NCBI GenBank assembly: GCA_013239625.1
Contig: MU053557.1
Span: 1,433,063-1,497,062, forward strand
Source: Lama guanicoe
Lineage: Eukaryota
DNA length: 64,000 bases
Reading direction: 5' to 3'
Positions 1 to 13,892 of this stretch are shown here, piece by piece (position 1 is the stretch's first letter; each line of letters starts with the position of its first letter). A program made the position numbers and the translations under genes. Below the pieces are notes generated by a model that was not told the DNA's origin, did no database searches, and saw nothing but the letters and a program-made list of their open reading frames with translations.

Positions 1-242
1 AGGATGCTGCTATGTGTGTCTCCCTAGCCTCTAAGAGCTCCTGGGACTCACTGGCTTCTCTCATCTACTCAGTAGTTAATGCTTTAGGGAAAAGAGCTAC
101 ACACTTCCCCTTTGTCCCTTCAGAATCCAGCATGGTGTCTAGAACAAAATAGACACCAAATCACTGTTAGTTGGATGGAAGTTAGGATGAGAAGTAGATT
201 TTATTTCCCTCATTTGGATTATCTTATCAAAGAGTAGGGATT

Positions 243-2950
243 TTTTTGAAAAGATAAACAAAACTGATAAACTTTTATCCAGCCTCACCAAAAAGTAAAT
301 AGGGTTCAAATAAATTAAAAAAGAAATGAAAGATAAGTAACAACCAATACCACAGAAATACAAAAAAATCATAAGAGAATACTATGAATAGTTACATGCC
401 AAAAACTTGCACAACCTAGACGAAATGTTTCTAGAAACATGCAAGCTCCCAAGACTGAGTCAAGTAGAAACAGACAATTTGAACAGACTGATAACTAGTA
501 TTGAAGTTGAATTTGTGATTTAAAAAGTCACAACAAACAAAACTCCAGGACTGGACACCTTCACAAGGGAATTCTACCAAACACACGTAGAAGAACTAAC
601 ACCTGTCCTTCTCAAATGAGTCCAAAGACTGTAAAGGACAAAACACTCCCAAATTCCCTTGACAAGGCCACTGCTACCCCGATAACAAAAAAAGATAAAG
701 ACAATGCAAAAAAAGAAAATCACAGGCCACTTTACTTGATGAATATAGATGCAAAAATCCTCAACCAAATATTAGCAAACAGAATCCAATAATATATAAA
801 AAGGGTCATGCACCAGCATCAAGTGTGATTTATTCCAGGGACACAAGGGTGGTTCAGTATTCACAAGGCAATCAGTGTGATCTACTGTATTAACACAAGG
901 AAAAGTAAAAATCACATAATCATTTAAATAGATGCAGAAAAAGCATGTAGCAAAAGTTAGTCAACATCCATTTCATGATAGAACTCCCATCAAAGTGGGC
1001 ATAGAGCGAATATACCTTAACATAATAAAGACCATTTATGACATAACACCATAGTTAATGGTGAAAAGCAGAAAGCCTTTCCTCTAAATTCAAGAACAAG
1101 ACAAGGATGCACACTCTCACCACTTCCATTTAATGTAGTATTGGAAGGCCTAACCACAGTGAGACGAGAAAAAGAAGTAAGACATAGCCAGATTGGAAAG
1201 AAAGATGTACAGTTGTCACTTATGGCAGATGACATGATGCTTTATACAGAAAACCCTACAGTCTCCACCCACAAACTATTGTAACTAGTAACTGAATTCA
1301 GCAAAGTTGCAGCATGCAAAACTTATATGCAGAAACGTGTTCCTTTTCTATACACTAACAGTGAACTATCAGAAAGACAAAGTTTAAAAATTACGTTTAA
1401 AATCACATCCGAGAGAGAGATCAAGAAGAGAGACTAACAGGACATGGAGCTCAACTCCTCCCCACAAGCACATCAAAAACACACCTGCATGTGAAATAGT
1501 TGTCCCTGAAAACTAAATGCAGAGTGGCAGAAGGACTGCTGTACAAGCTGGCTGTAAGAAAGACGCACATGTAATTGGATTCGAGGGGAAGAAAATTAAT
1601 TTGGTCAGGACCTGTGCCCCTGGGAGAAAACTCAGAGGAAGAAGGAGACTGCATGGGTAGACACCTGACCTGGGGAGTGGACAGGCGGAGCCCCAGCCTG
1701 GGCGTCCCCGTCCTGGCTGACTGAAGTAGTTGATCCTCAGTCGTGACTATAGATCTGCCTTTCCTGGTGGTAGTTTTCCTTTCCTATAGGTTTTTACTTC
1801 TTTTCCATTTAGAGAATACCTTTCAACATTTCTTGTAACGTACATTTAGCAAACAGTATTGATGAACTATTTTAGGTTTTTTTCTTGTCTGAGTTGTTCT
1901 TTCTTCTTCTCTTCTAAATGATATAATCTTTTGTGCAGAGTATCTTAGGTTGGGATTTTTTCCCTTTGAGCATTTAGAATGTATCATGCTGGTCCTTCCT
2001 GGTCTGTAAAATTTCTGCAGAGAAATCAGTTGATCATCTTATGGGCGGTTCCCTTGTATATGATTCTTTGTTTTTGGTTAGTGCCTTTAGAATTCTCTCT
2101 TTAACTTTTGTTATTTTAAATTATGATATTTTTAGTGTGGGTCTGGACCTCATACCATATAGAAACATAAACTCAAAATGGTTGAAGACCTAAATGTAGG
2201 ACATGAAACCATAAAACTCCTAAAAGAAAACAGGCACTTTTACATAAATTGTAGCAATATTTTTCTAGATCTGTCGCCTAAGGCAAAAGGAAGAAAATCA
2301 AATATAAACAAATGCGACCTAATTAAACTTAAAAGCTTTTACACAGCAAAGGAAACCATCAACAAAATGAAAGACAATCTACCAAATGAAAGAAAACATT
2401 GCAAACAATATGACCAGAGGGTTAATATCCAAAATATATAAATAGCTCATACAACTCAATATCAAAAAAATAAACAGCATCAAAAATGGGGAGAAAACCT
2501 GAATAGACATTTTTCTAAACAAGACATACAAATGGCTAATAGGCACACGAAAAGGTCCTCAGCGTCGCTAATTATCAGAGAAATGCAAATCAAAACCATG
2601 ACAAGATATCACCTCACACCTGTCAAAATGGCTATCATCAAAAATGTACCAATAACAAATGCTGGCAAGGATGCAGAGGAAAGGGAACTGTTATACACTG
2701 TGAAAATGTAACATGGTGTAGCTGTTATGGAGGACATTACAGGGATTCCTCAAAAAACAAACAAAAAACAAATAGAACTACCGTATGATCCAGCAATTCT
2801 ACTCCTGGGTATATAGCCATAAAAAATGAAAACACTAATTTGAAGAGATACATGCGTCCCAATGTTCACAGCAACACTGTTACAACTGCCAAGATTATAA
2901 CAGTGCAGCCCAAGTATCCACCTACAGATGAATGGATAAAGATGTGGTAT

Positions 2951-2997
<47 letters not shown>

Positions 2998-3417
2998 CAC
3001 ACACACAGTGGAATGTTACTCTGACATAAAAAAGAATGATGATTTGTCATTTGTAGCAAAGGGGATGGACCTAGAGAATATTATGCTTAGTGAAATGAGT
3101 CAAAGACATATACTATATATGTGGAATCTTAAAAATAATGCAGATTAATCAAATGAATGTATAAAACAGACTCACAGATACTTAAACTAGTGGTTAGCAA
3201 AGAGAGGGAAGTGGGAAGGGGGCACATTAGAAGTATAGGATTAAGAGATACAAACTACTTGTATAAAACAGGCAAGAAGCATGTATAGTATAGCACAGGT
3301 AATTACAGCCACTGTTTTCTAACAACTTTTAATGGAGTCTCATCTGTAAAAATAATGAATCACTGTGCTGTTTACCTGAAACTAATACTGTAAATCAACT
3401 GTATTTCATTAATTTTT
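243..3417 (+). mobile_element. Old, decayed and internally rearranged L1: ORF2 fragment, 5'UTR piece, inverted ORF1 piece, ORF2 3' end/3'UTR
   Basis: 243-1410 matches L1 ORF2 (Z/RT region). 1411-1716 matches the 5'UTR at 24650-24930. 1714-2144 is the reverse complement of the ORF1 end/spacer (cf. 26765-27180). 2148-3417 is the ORF2 C-terminus and 3'UTR (cf. 30317-31570). Confidence 0.9.
2953..2994. repeat. (GT)21 microsatellite
   Basis: Pure GT run inside the L1 ORF2 3' end. Confidence 0.97.
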
Positions 3418-3547
3418 CAAAAGGTAGGAATTAGATTTGGTTTTCGCTTCTGTTGAATGTGTCTCCAAAAAATGGACTGCATTATTTATTTTTAGTGGCT
3501 CTTCTGGATAAAGAAATATTTCCTAGCGTATTCTAGGAAGTGCTTTG

Positions 3548-3737
3548 GTGAAAGGGTTAAGTGTGTGGGCTTCAGAATGGAGATGAGCTCGGCTTCAACC
3601 TGGAGTTTGAATTCCAGCTATGCACGGGAAATTTGTGTGGTGCCGACAAGCTACTTAACCACTGTTCTCTTTAATCTCCTTTTTGGTAAAATGGGGATAA
3701 CATTACTTATCACAGGGTTACTGTCAGGATTAAATGG
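3548..3737 (+). mobile_element. MIR SINE, interrupted by an MLT1 LTR
   Basis: Core CAAGCTACTTAACC...GTAAAATGGGGATAA...CAGGGTTACTGTCAGGATTAAATG. The MIR 3' end resumes ~4020-4075. Confidence 0.8.
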
Positions 3738-4018
3738 TTTTATTAGTTTCCTAGGGCTGCTGTAACAAATTAGCACAAATTGAGTGGCTTAAAACAACAG
3801 AAATTTCTTCTCTCACAGTTCTAGAAGTCAGAAGTCCTTAATGGAGGCATTGACAAGATTGGTTCTTTCTGGAGGTTCTGAATGAAAATCCATCCCATGC
3901 CGCTTGCCTAGCTTTTGGCAGCTGTCTGCCAATCTGAGTGTTCTCTGAATTGTAGACACATCTCTAATATCTGCCTCTGTCTTCATGTGTCTTTCTCTAA
4001 ATTTTTGTGTGTCTCTGT
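3738..4018 (-). mobile_element. MaLR MLT1 solo-LTR fragment (MLT1B/C-like)
   Basis: TATTAGTTTCCTAGGGCTGCTGTAACAAAT...GGCTTAAAACAACAGAAATTT...CTCACAGTTCTAGAAG is a characteristic MLT1 end. Confidence 0.85.
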
Positions 4019-7000
4019 AAGTTCTAGGCACAAAGGCGTGTCACAGGGTGAGAGCTGCATTAGTGGAAGTTATTCTTACCATCAAATGCCCATTTTGGTG
4101 GATATTTGGTGGGTGAGTGTAAGCAGGAGGGAAGTAGAACTCAGACTCCCACACCTAATGAACACGTCCTTTTAAAAGGCACCGCAGTGGGCCCCTTGTT
4201 TGTGGGTCCCCAAACACCGGCACACGCCTTTTCCCAATGTTTGCTTTCTGCAGCTGCTAAAAAATAACACACAAGTCCTGCCAAGAAAATAATGAAACAT
4301 TCCAGACTATTAGGCCTTAGCAGAGTTTAATCAAAGACTCAGTGATCTGTACCGACTCTGGAGGCCTCTTCAAAGCTGAAATCCGGCATGCAGTGACTGT
4401 GGCATGAACCACAGCCGTGAAAGAGCAGCATCTGAGAGCGGTGGGAGACGCGCCTCTTTTCTGGTTAGTTACCCAACGCTCCATAAAGGTGCCTCTGACT
4501 CAGTGTGCATTCCAACCACGTATCCTCACGTGTGGATCAGAGTTTATGTATTTTAAATGCCCTTTGACAGCATAATGTATTAATAGGTGAGTTTGGGTTA
4601 GTCCCCCCTATTTGTTCCTTCTTTGTCTTCTGTACCTGTAGCCAGGCCCTGTGTATTTTCTGATTCCCTTGCCTCATGCCAGTTTTACAGGGTAGAAAGC
4701 AAAGCAAAAGCTGCTCGAGGGCACTAGATCTTCCTATTTTGGGTCAAAGTTCTCAGAATACTAAAAGGTATGTTGGGTGTTCCAGAGGAGGTGGGAAGAA
4801 AAGTCTATCACCCTCACCGGGAAGCAGCAGGTGCTTGGGGACGGATGGGCAGGTCGGCATAGGCACCGAGGGAGGCTATTGCCTGGCATAGGATCCCAGA
4901 CCTTGGAAAGCATCCCCATGTCCCCAGTGAGTCAGGGGAACAAGGAGCATGTGAGTAAGGGCAGTGGGTACATCTCAGTATTAACCGGAGTGAATGGGTC
5001 AGTGGCCCAAGAAGTCTTCCCCATGCTCCGGTGATGCAGCAACACCTTGGTACGACTAGAGCGAGGAGGAACATTCAAAACAACTGAGACAGAATTTTCT
5101 ACCAGCACCACTAGGATGAATTCAATTCATGAATTCAATTCAAATTCAAGTAAATGTTTTCAATACCTTTGCACTTCTAAGTTTGGGAACAAAGATGCAT
5201 TACATTTTGCACACTTACTAGTTTTTTTAACATCAGCCTTTGGAAATGTGCCACCAGGTATTATTGTTCTTCCTCAACCAGTGTAAAAACCAAAGCTCAC
5301 AGCTGACTCAGCTAAGGTCACACAGCCAGGACATCACAAAACAGAGCCCAAGAGTTCTGACTCCTAGATTAGTAGTGTTCTCACTACACCTAAGTATGAA
5401 GCATACCAGTAGAAAAAAGAATGGCTCGGAGAATTGGTGGGTATACGCCACACCCACTGAGAGCTGTTAGGATACCCTGCTGTGGTTAAAGAATCATGAT
5501 TCTAACCCTGCATCCCCGTTCCCTTTGTGAGGACATGGAGGCACCGAGGGGATGATTGCTGCCCTGGCTGCAGTCATCACCCTGTAAATCCAGCTCACCT
5601 ACAGGACAAGGACCATGACAGTCAGGCTCACTGCTGCTTCCCCAGAGTCTAGTACTGTGCCTGCCTTATTAAGATACTTATGAAACACTTACCATAAGAA
5701 GAAAGGTATGAGCAAGTGATTTCCATAATTGAGAGTCAGATACCCGAAAGGAGGCTAGAAACAAATCTAGAAATATATGCAAAAGCAATTTCACCTGAGA
5801 GTAGGAGAATTCTTCTAAAATAGCTAGTGGATCTGTTTGAAGAAAAGAGTGCCCAGTAGTACTGAGGACAGGCCTGGGGTCCAGGTAGGCTTTGAAAGCC
5901 ACATCACTCTAAGGCTAGAATTTAGGGGAAAGTGAGTGGGATATAGGAGAGAGCCATTAAGACTGGAAGAGTAGGGTTGGATGAGTTGAAAGGGACCATC
6001 TGAAAGTTATTTAAAATATTCCTACCTCACCAGTTCTGCTAGTTTCTATTGCTCGTCTAGGTTTTGCTTCTATAAGCTTTCCTTCCACTAGACTATAATC
6101 CTTGCAGCCCTAATCATTGTTGGCTGAGTGGATGAAATTTTTTTTACATGTGGGACACAGTGGAAGGTGGTATATCATAGCATATAAAAATAAATTTGAA
6201 AAGAAATTAGACATCCTACAACCCTGGCTGTCCATTATTAAAAATAGTCTCAATGTTGAGTAGTGTGCATGTTTTCTCAACTGTAATTTAGGTTCTTGCT
6301 GTATGTGTGGGTCTATCAGCCTTCCATAAATATCCCAGCTAATCCATCCAATTCTAAAATTCTTGACACATCGTTTCACTTCCTTTCCACCCACAGTGCC
6401 CCCTGCTCATCCTCATCAGACTGACATGGCTCCCAAACGGGTCCATGACATCAGACCCCCCAGAAATTTTGCTGTCACGTCAGATGACAGTAACAAAAAG
6501 AGTGGCACTACTGATCAGAGCTAATATCCATAGCACCGTTACTGGACATAACACTTCATGAATGATGCCATTAATTTCTCACAGCAATCCTAATGATACA
6601 GGCACCACTTTACAGATGATAAAAAAATCATGAATCTCAGGTAAGATGGAGAGTGACAGTGTTGGAACTGGAACTTAGCACTGACATAATCTCAAATCCA
6701 CCCAAACATTACAAATGTCTAACTGGTACCTTTGTGTTTACTGAAGAAGTCTGCTTATTGAAACAAACTGCCCTAGGAAGAGAACAGGTACACTCCTCCA
6801 ATGAAGGTCTGTCTGATGGCATCTCTGCCCAACAGCCTGCAGAGCACCGTGCTCAGGTGCACGGCCGCATCCCCGCAGTGCCCCTGCCTCAGGCCTGCAT
6901 GGTTAGGGGCAAGTCAGGAGCACGTGTGCCTGTGTTACTTTATTCTCTCTTCTAGGCTTATGCATGTTTATTTGGGCTTATTGTCTTATTTGGTTAATTG

Positions 7001-8189
7001 TGTCACTTGTTTAGTAGATTTTGCTCAGGCACCCAGAGGCCCTGAAACACACGGTGCCAAGAAAAATAAACATTATTAAAATGATAGCTATTAATATAAA
7101 CATTGCCAGGAGATAATTTTTTAAAGGTAGGAGAAAAGCAAAATATTGAAAGGATGGTTGCCAAAGCGAAACATCACGACTACTCACTCTTCTAAGTGCT
7201 TTCTCCCTGTTCTTTAGGAGAGCCAGTAAGAAGAGCCTTAAAGAGTCGTTCTGGGAAAGGAGATTCCACACCAAGTGTTCACAGATGGCTAGACACACAA
7301 ATACAAACACACACCCCACTGCGACTGAAGAAGCCTGTTCGTAGGCTCAGATGTAGATTTATAAATTAATGTAAAACATGGTTATTTCAACAAAGACGTC
7401 TTAGCTCTACTGCCTTGGAGAGAGTAGAAGGGTTTAAATGCTGAATAACCCGTTTCTGAAGTGTTCACTTTCCCAAAATATGTTCTGGGTCAGAAACATT
7501 ATTAATAAACATAATAAGATCAATAAAGGCAGGGCACATAAAAGGCAAAAGGTCTAGACCTTTTTTGGTTACTGAGAAAAAAGCAGGAAGCAGCCTTAAA
7601 GATGCATAAAGGATGACAGGAGAGAATGTTTTTCCGGTCTCTGTTGGCTCCATTCCTTCCCCAGAAGCAGAACTGAGGACAAAAAAAGAAAGAACTGCTC
7701 ATTCTTACCTACACTCTATGTTGCTGCTTCCTTCTCATGGTGAATGGAGGTGAATAGATAAGAGTTTGGAAGAAGAGGGAGAATATGACACAGGCAGCAG
7801 CGGGGTGGCTTTGGAAAGGGTTAGGCATCTTCAAAATTCACAGGAGTAATTAAAGGCTCAGGAGAGAATACAAGACTTTCTGCCGTTGCCATCTGAAACT
7901 CTGCCCAGAGAGTGATCGCAGCCTTTGAGAGGTATTTTCCCACTCTTGGCTGTATCTCTGTTAACCTGCGTAGAAAATCTCAAAGGCTGAAGTCAGAATG
8001 ACCTGTGGCTGAGTACCAGAATCTCCAATGGAGCTGGGCAAACCTGTGTGTCCCCAGTCTCACCCCAGAGATGTGCAGTGAGGTTGGCAAGACTATAGGT
8101 TTACGAAACTCCAAACTGATTTTGATACCCAGCCAGGATTGAACACCAGTGAAATAATGGTGTAAAGCAATGCCACTGAACTCTTATGT

Positions 8190-8335
8190 GCGTCCTAATT
8201 ATGTGGTATCTTGTTACAATGCAGATTATGACTCAGTAGGCCTGGAGTAGGGTTTGAAATTCATCATTTCTAGAAAATTCCTAGGTGATGACAATGCCAC
8301 TAATCCCTGGACCCCAGTTTACATGGCAAGGGTTC
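8190..8335. mobile_element. MER5-like hAT-Charlie DNA transposon remnant
   Basis: AATGCAGATTATGACTCAGTAGGCCTGGAGTAGGG...CATTTCTAGAAAATTCCTAGGTGATG. Confidence 0.7.
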
Positions 8336-10024
8336 AGAAACTCCATTCTGGAGTCACACTATCTGGTTGTAAAAGTTGTGCGGCGGTGGGGGGGGGGGTA
8401 TTCTTCCCCCTCCTGTAATGTTGGCCGCTTGGTCCTGACTAGTAACAGTTACAGCGGATCACTTGACAAGTGGAAACATAGAAGATTGTGTTGGTTGCAT
8501 AATAAAGCCCATGCTTTGAATGTAAGTTACAGTGTTGGGAGAGAGATGGCTGACTTTATAAAGATTTTGTTTTCTCCAAAATTGTAATTCCCCAATCCCT
8601 CCTCCCCATTACATCCTTCTCCCGGCGCAATGCCACAAATATCCAGATTCATTTTACAGGGTAGGTTCAGGGAGGATAAAGGAGCTTTATTAGGAGGGAT
8701 GTCTTGCTACTGGAATCTTTATCATCTGTCCCCAAAGGACTTACTTTTCTATAGGAGTATCACATTTTACTTAAGCATCCAGGATTTCTGCACAAAGGCT
8801 CAATCTCTTAATCTGTAAAATAAAAATATACTGATGCCATTTGAAGGCTAAATCAAATCATTAATGTAAAGCGCTGTACTTCAGCGTTCAGCAAATAGCA
8901 AGAGCTCACCGAACAGCTTGTGATAACAGCATTCTTCCTACTTAGCACTCTTTGCCAATTTAGGCAGAAGATGGCTGGTTAGTTGCGTGAAAGGAACAGG
9001 GTCAAGTTTACAGGAGAAACCAGTTTCTTTCTCTGGTTCGGATGGTTAAATTGAGTCCACTCTATTCCACCTCTCCTCCCAGCTCTCAGGAAGCTGCCTA
9101 TGTGGTCCACGCTTGAAACAGCTCCCTGGACTTCTCTGACAGAGGGACTCAGAGGAGGAGCAAAGAACGTTTTGTCCTGTGTTTGAGAGATGTTTCTAGA
9201 AATATTGTGGAAAACTTATTTTAAAAGTGACGGGGGGAGCTGAGTTTGAAATACAGCCTGAAGGTGCAGGACTTTTTATTTGCCACTTCAGACTTAAGAT
9301 TCATTGTAAAACTGTAAAACAATCAGTTCTTCGTGAGTTCAGTTAAAACCATAGATGCCCAAATGCACAGACTATTCTGCTTTGGGTGGTGGTTACATTG
9401 CTCTCGTTCAAATAGAATCTGGTTCTACTAGTCTTTTCAAAACTCAGCCAAATTCTTTACTTGTGTTCAGAAGGCCAGGATTAATTTGATCTCCGTGCTG
9501 TCCGTATTTCCTCCTAGTTTCTCCAGTTAAGCGCTTTGACTAATCTTTGCAGAAGGAGAGATTAATGTAAAAGGAATAATGAAACATTTGACTGATATTA
9601 GGTGCTTGTCATTCTTCATTAGGCGCCCCTGAGTCACCTTCTTAAAGCCCTGCAAACAGAATAAAACAGGATCTGTCGATAGTCTGTGTAGCATATTAAT
9701 AAGAAATGTAAACGGGAGAGGGCTTTCATTTTGCCAGAACAAACAGAGCAACATGCACCTCTCCGTCTCTCAGCTTTCGGTACTTCCTCCAGGGCGTCAG
9801 TCTAATTAGCCATTTCATATTAATCACTATTTGTGCAGTTGGTTCTTCCTGTGGCAGCTTTCCATTTTCAGTTGCCCAGAAGATTGAAAGACTTCTGTAT
9901 TTCCTTGGATACTCTATAGGATCCCCCCCAAAAGAAAACAACAATGTTGTGTGCGAGTATTACAATTTATTCTTTTCTAATTCATTCTATCTTTTAGCTC
10001 CTTTGATCCTCAAGAAATCCCTTA

Positions 10025-10777
10025 AGGAACCCTCCTACACTCTTGGTGGGAATGTAGTTTGGTGCAGCCACTATGGAGAACAGTATGGAGATTCCTCAAA
10101 AAACTAAAATAGAACTAACCTATGATCCAGCAATCCCACTCCTGGGAATATATCTGGAGGAAACTCTAATTTGAAAAGATACACACAACCGCCCACAATG
10201 TTCTTAGAAGCACTGTTTACAATAGCTAAGACATGGAAACAACCTGCATGTCTTTTGACAGATGACTGGATAAAGAAGCTGTGGTATATATATTCAATAC
10301 AATACTACTCAGCCATAAAAATAATAAACAATAATGCCATTTGCAGCAACATGGGTGGACCTAGAGAATATCATACTTAGTGAAGCAAGCCAGAAAGAGA
10401 AAGAAAAATACCATATGATATCACTCATATGTGGAATCTAAAAAAAAAAAAAAGACACAAATGAACTTATTTACAAAACAAAGACAGACTCACAGACATA
10501 GAAAATATACTTATGGTTACTAGGGAAGAAAGGGGGTGGGGAGGGATATAATGGGGTTTCTGTCTTTGCATTTACTAACTACTATATGTAAAATAGATAA
10601 ACAATTAGATCCTACTGTGTAGCACAGGGAACTATAGTCGATACTTTGTAATGGCCTATACTGAAAAATATGAAAAGTTATATATATATATATATATATA
10701 TATTTGAATCACTATGGTGTTCACCAGAAATTAATACAATGCAGTAAATTGACTATATTTTAATTTAAAAAGAGAAA
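10025..10777 (+). mobile_element. 5'-truncated L1 (ORF2 C-terminus and 3'UTR)
   Basis: [12 protein letters not shown] remnant and L1 3'UTR. Perfect 13-bp TSD AAGAAATCCCTTA at 10012-10024 and 10778-10790. Confidence 0.95.
10679..10702. repeat. (TA)12 microsatellite
   Basis: TA run inside an L1 3'UTR. Confidence 0.95.
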
Positions 10778-11439
10778 AAGAAATCCCTTAGGAAATATTC
10801 AAGCCAGGCACACCCCCTCAGAACCTAGTGCCATACTTTGCACCTAGTAGGTATTCAAAATAAGTTTTTTTTTCAGATGGATGGATCTTTATTGACAGAT
10901 GAAGGAAGTGGAGCACAGAGCTTCTAAGGGATAAAAGAAGACTAATATTTAATGACAATAGTTGGATGAGCTCTTATTTCTCTTGATGATGTGTTTGGAT
11001 GCTAAAAAGTAAGCAGACTTCAGTAGCTTATCAAAGGTTTGATTGAACTACTCTGATGAAATGAACTTTAAGTCAGGCTATGTGATAAAAGGCCACACCA
11101 ATTATAAATTTCAAATACTTATATAGCACTTGTATTTTCAGACAATAATTCCTTCCAATATTTTTGTAAAACAATCAAATAAGCCAAATTAATTTAGGAA
11201 CTAGTATTCTAATTAGTCACAGAAATATTGGGGATAATGTACTTGTAACCTACACTAAAAAAAAAAGTATTGAAAGGATAACATGCATTGGCTCTTCATG
11301 AACTTATATGGACTTGGTATTTTAGACAGATTAACTTTCTTTTTGAAGTTGAAATTTTAGATTCAGTCTTTTTCGATGCATAAATGGATGTGATGTTCTC
11401 AGATGTTCCTTTCACGCAGTTGCTAACCACTCTTTTAAT

Positions 11440-11970
11440 CATGTTCCCATTTGTGCTGTATTTCCAGAAGAGCCATCCTCTTCTGTTAGAGGAGCCAGTT
11501 ACTTTCTCTTGGCCCATGGCCCTTTCTCAGAGAGCTGGTGTATGCCAGCCAATATCACATGCAGTATGGCAGAGGAACCCAGTCGCCCTCGCCACAGTGA
11601 TGGGAACAGAGTGGATCCTTGACTAAATTAACTCTCCTACGGTTTTGAAATAGTATTTCCAACACTAAGTTAGTTTGGGGGAGGCAGGTTCAGGAGCTGG
11701 GGCTTCCCTGCTTCAAGCAGCCCTAGCTGGCTGTAAGTAAGGGGATGAGTTGAGATAAAAGAGGAGAGGAAAGGAGAAGGCAGGAGAGGAATAAAAAAAA
11801 AAAAGAAAGAAAGAGAGGGAGAGAGAAAAGTATAGAAGCAAAGAGACAGTAAACGGCTGAATCAAACATTAATTCTGGCAAAAGGCATCCCTGAATTTCC
11901 CCCATTTACTTATAATAAACTTCCCTTTTGCTTGACTTGAACTACTTTAGGTAGACTTCACTGTAATAAG
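11440..11970 (+). mobile_element. Ancient ERVL-type LTR remnant (LTR16/LTR33-like)
   Basis: Degenerate, ends AATAAACTTCCCTTTTGCTTGA...CACTGTAA. Family assignment tentative. Confidence 0.45.
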
Positions 11971-12469
11971 ATGATACTTTACTTAGACCTTTAGGCAGAA
12001 TTTTTCACATTTTTCTTCTTAGGATAATGCCTCCAACTTCTAAAAACATCAAAACTATATTAAATGATTGCATAAATAACAAACTACCATCTTCTAGAGA
12101 ACAATGATTGTTTAAGAATTTTACGCTTTACAAATGAAAAGTAACAGATTGAAAGTGGAAGGGCCTCCAAAGAAATAATTGAAACCCAGGTCTGTGAATG
12201 AAAAACCCATCCTTTTCTCTCATATTGATTTTATGTAGATGAAGCCAAATAAACTGTGCCCTTAGAAAGAAACAGTATTAATAGAACTACAGCATTTGGG
12301 GGTTGAAAAGACATCTACTGAATTAAATATGATGCCCTATTTAATTCAATAATTTCATTTTCACCAAGTTGACTCATTCAATAGGACCTGACAGCTTGGT
12401 GTTGGATTTTTTTTTTAAACTGCAATATGTTTTAGAATAAAAAGAAAGTCTAAAGCTTTCATCTGAGAA

Positions 12470-12690
12470 GCAGAATGGATTATGGACTTTGGAGGCAGAC
12501 AGACCTGGGAATGAGTCTTGATGCCACCACTTACTGCAGTGTTGTCTTACAGAATTTACTTAAACTACCTCAGGCTAGACTCCTTCATCTATAAGTTGGG
12601 CTAATAGTACTTCCTACTTCTTAGAATGGTTACAAGGAAGGCAAGGAAAATATGCACACGAGGGTCTAACAAATGATAAGTGACAATTAG
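12470..12690 (+). mobile_element. MIR SINE
   Basis: GGACTTTGGAGGCAGACAGACCTGGG...GCCACCACTTACT...TTCATCTATAAGTTGGG. Confidence 0.8.
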
Positions 12691-13892
12691 CTGGGGGTTT
12701 TTTGGTGTTAGGGAAAAAGTGATTGGAAATCTTTCATGTGCAAACGTACTTTTGATGTGAATCTGGATTTTTAGGGAACTTAAAATGTGAAGCATTGTAA
12801 TACCATCACACATACAGCATTCTGCGGCTTACCAAGCATTTTCACGATGTACTGTTGCATTTAGTTCTCACTCCCTTATTCATTCCTTCCACAAACATCT
12901 GTTGGATGCCTGATTCTGTGCTATTCAGTAGGGACTCAGCTGTGTAGATGACAGAAATTGTCCCTACCTTCCTGAAGTGTGACTCAAGGGGAGGAGAAAA
13001 AGTTGTTCTCTTCTCTTCAGGTCTGTGGAGGGCGCCCCACCTCTAGAACTGAGGGGCCTTAGACAGAATTAGAACAAGTCATGTTTCTACTGAGCAAATT
13101 TTTACTGATTTAGTTCCATTCGCCTGAGGGCTGAAGCCAAGCTGGTGCTATGACTCATAAGCCTCATTTTCCATATGTTTGACTTAGGATTTTCTCTTGA
13201 CAACAGTTGATTAGCCAGTCTTGTGATTTTAGCTCACTGATGATAACTTGACCTGATTTCAGCTGATTTCTATTGGCTCTGTGCTCCCTGGAAAAAGGAA
13301 CAGCACTCCACTGGGAGACCCCACTGCAGCCAAGCATTCTCAGCGTCAACCAGCACAGCCGTCTCCATGTGCCAAGCCTGGTATCAGGGTTTTAGGGGTG
13401 AGAATCCCCTAGTCCTTTAGTTAAATAACACATCGGTCCAGAATGGAGTGATGCGTTTCCACATCCCATGCTGCTGTAGGCCTGATGATAGCAAAGCTTT
13501 GGCTCACAGTTTTATCATGTTTGGATAATTTCTCTGCTTAATGCCCTCAGCAGTTCCCCACTGTAGTTGGGTAAAGTCCAAGTTCTTTAGAGTGGATCCA
13601 GACCTTTCACGACCTGGCCTTCACACTCTCAAAGCCTCCCCTTTCACTAACATTCCCTGTGTTTCAACACAACCAAAATTCTTTTGGTCCTGGATTCCCA
13701 GACATATCATACTGTTCCACATTCTATACCCAAAGAAGTTTTATCTGTAAATTCTGACTGGCTACTGCTACTATTCTAATAACTAGTACCTTCCTTTAGA
13801 CGCAACCATCAGCTAGAGATGCAACCCAGAGCATTCATTTAGGAAGTGTCAACAGATACCAAATGTCATAAGCCCGTCTTCTCCCTCACCCC

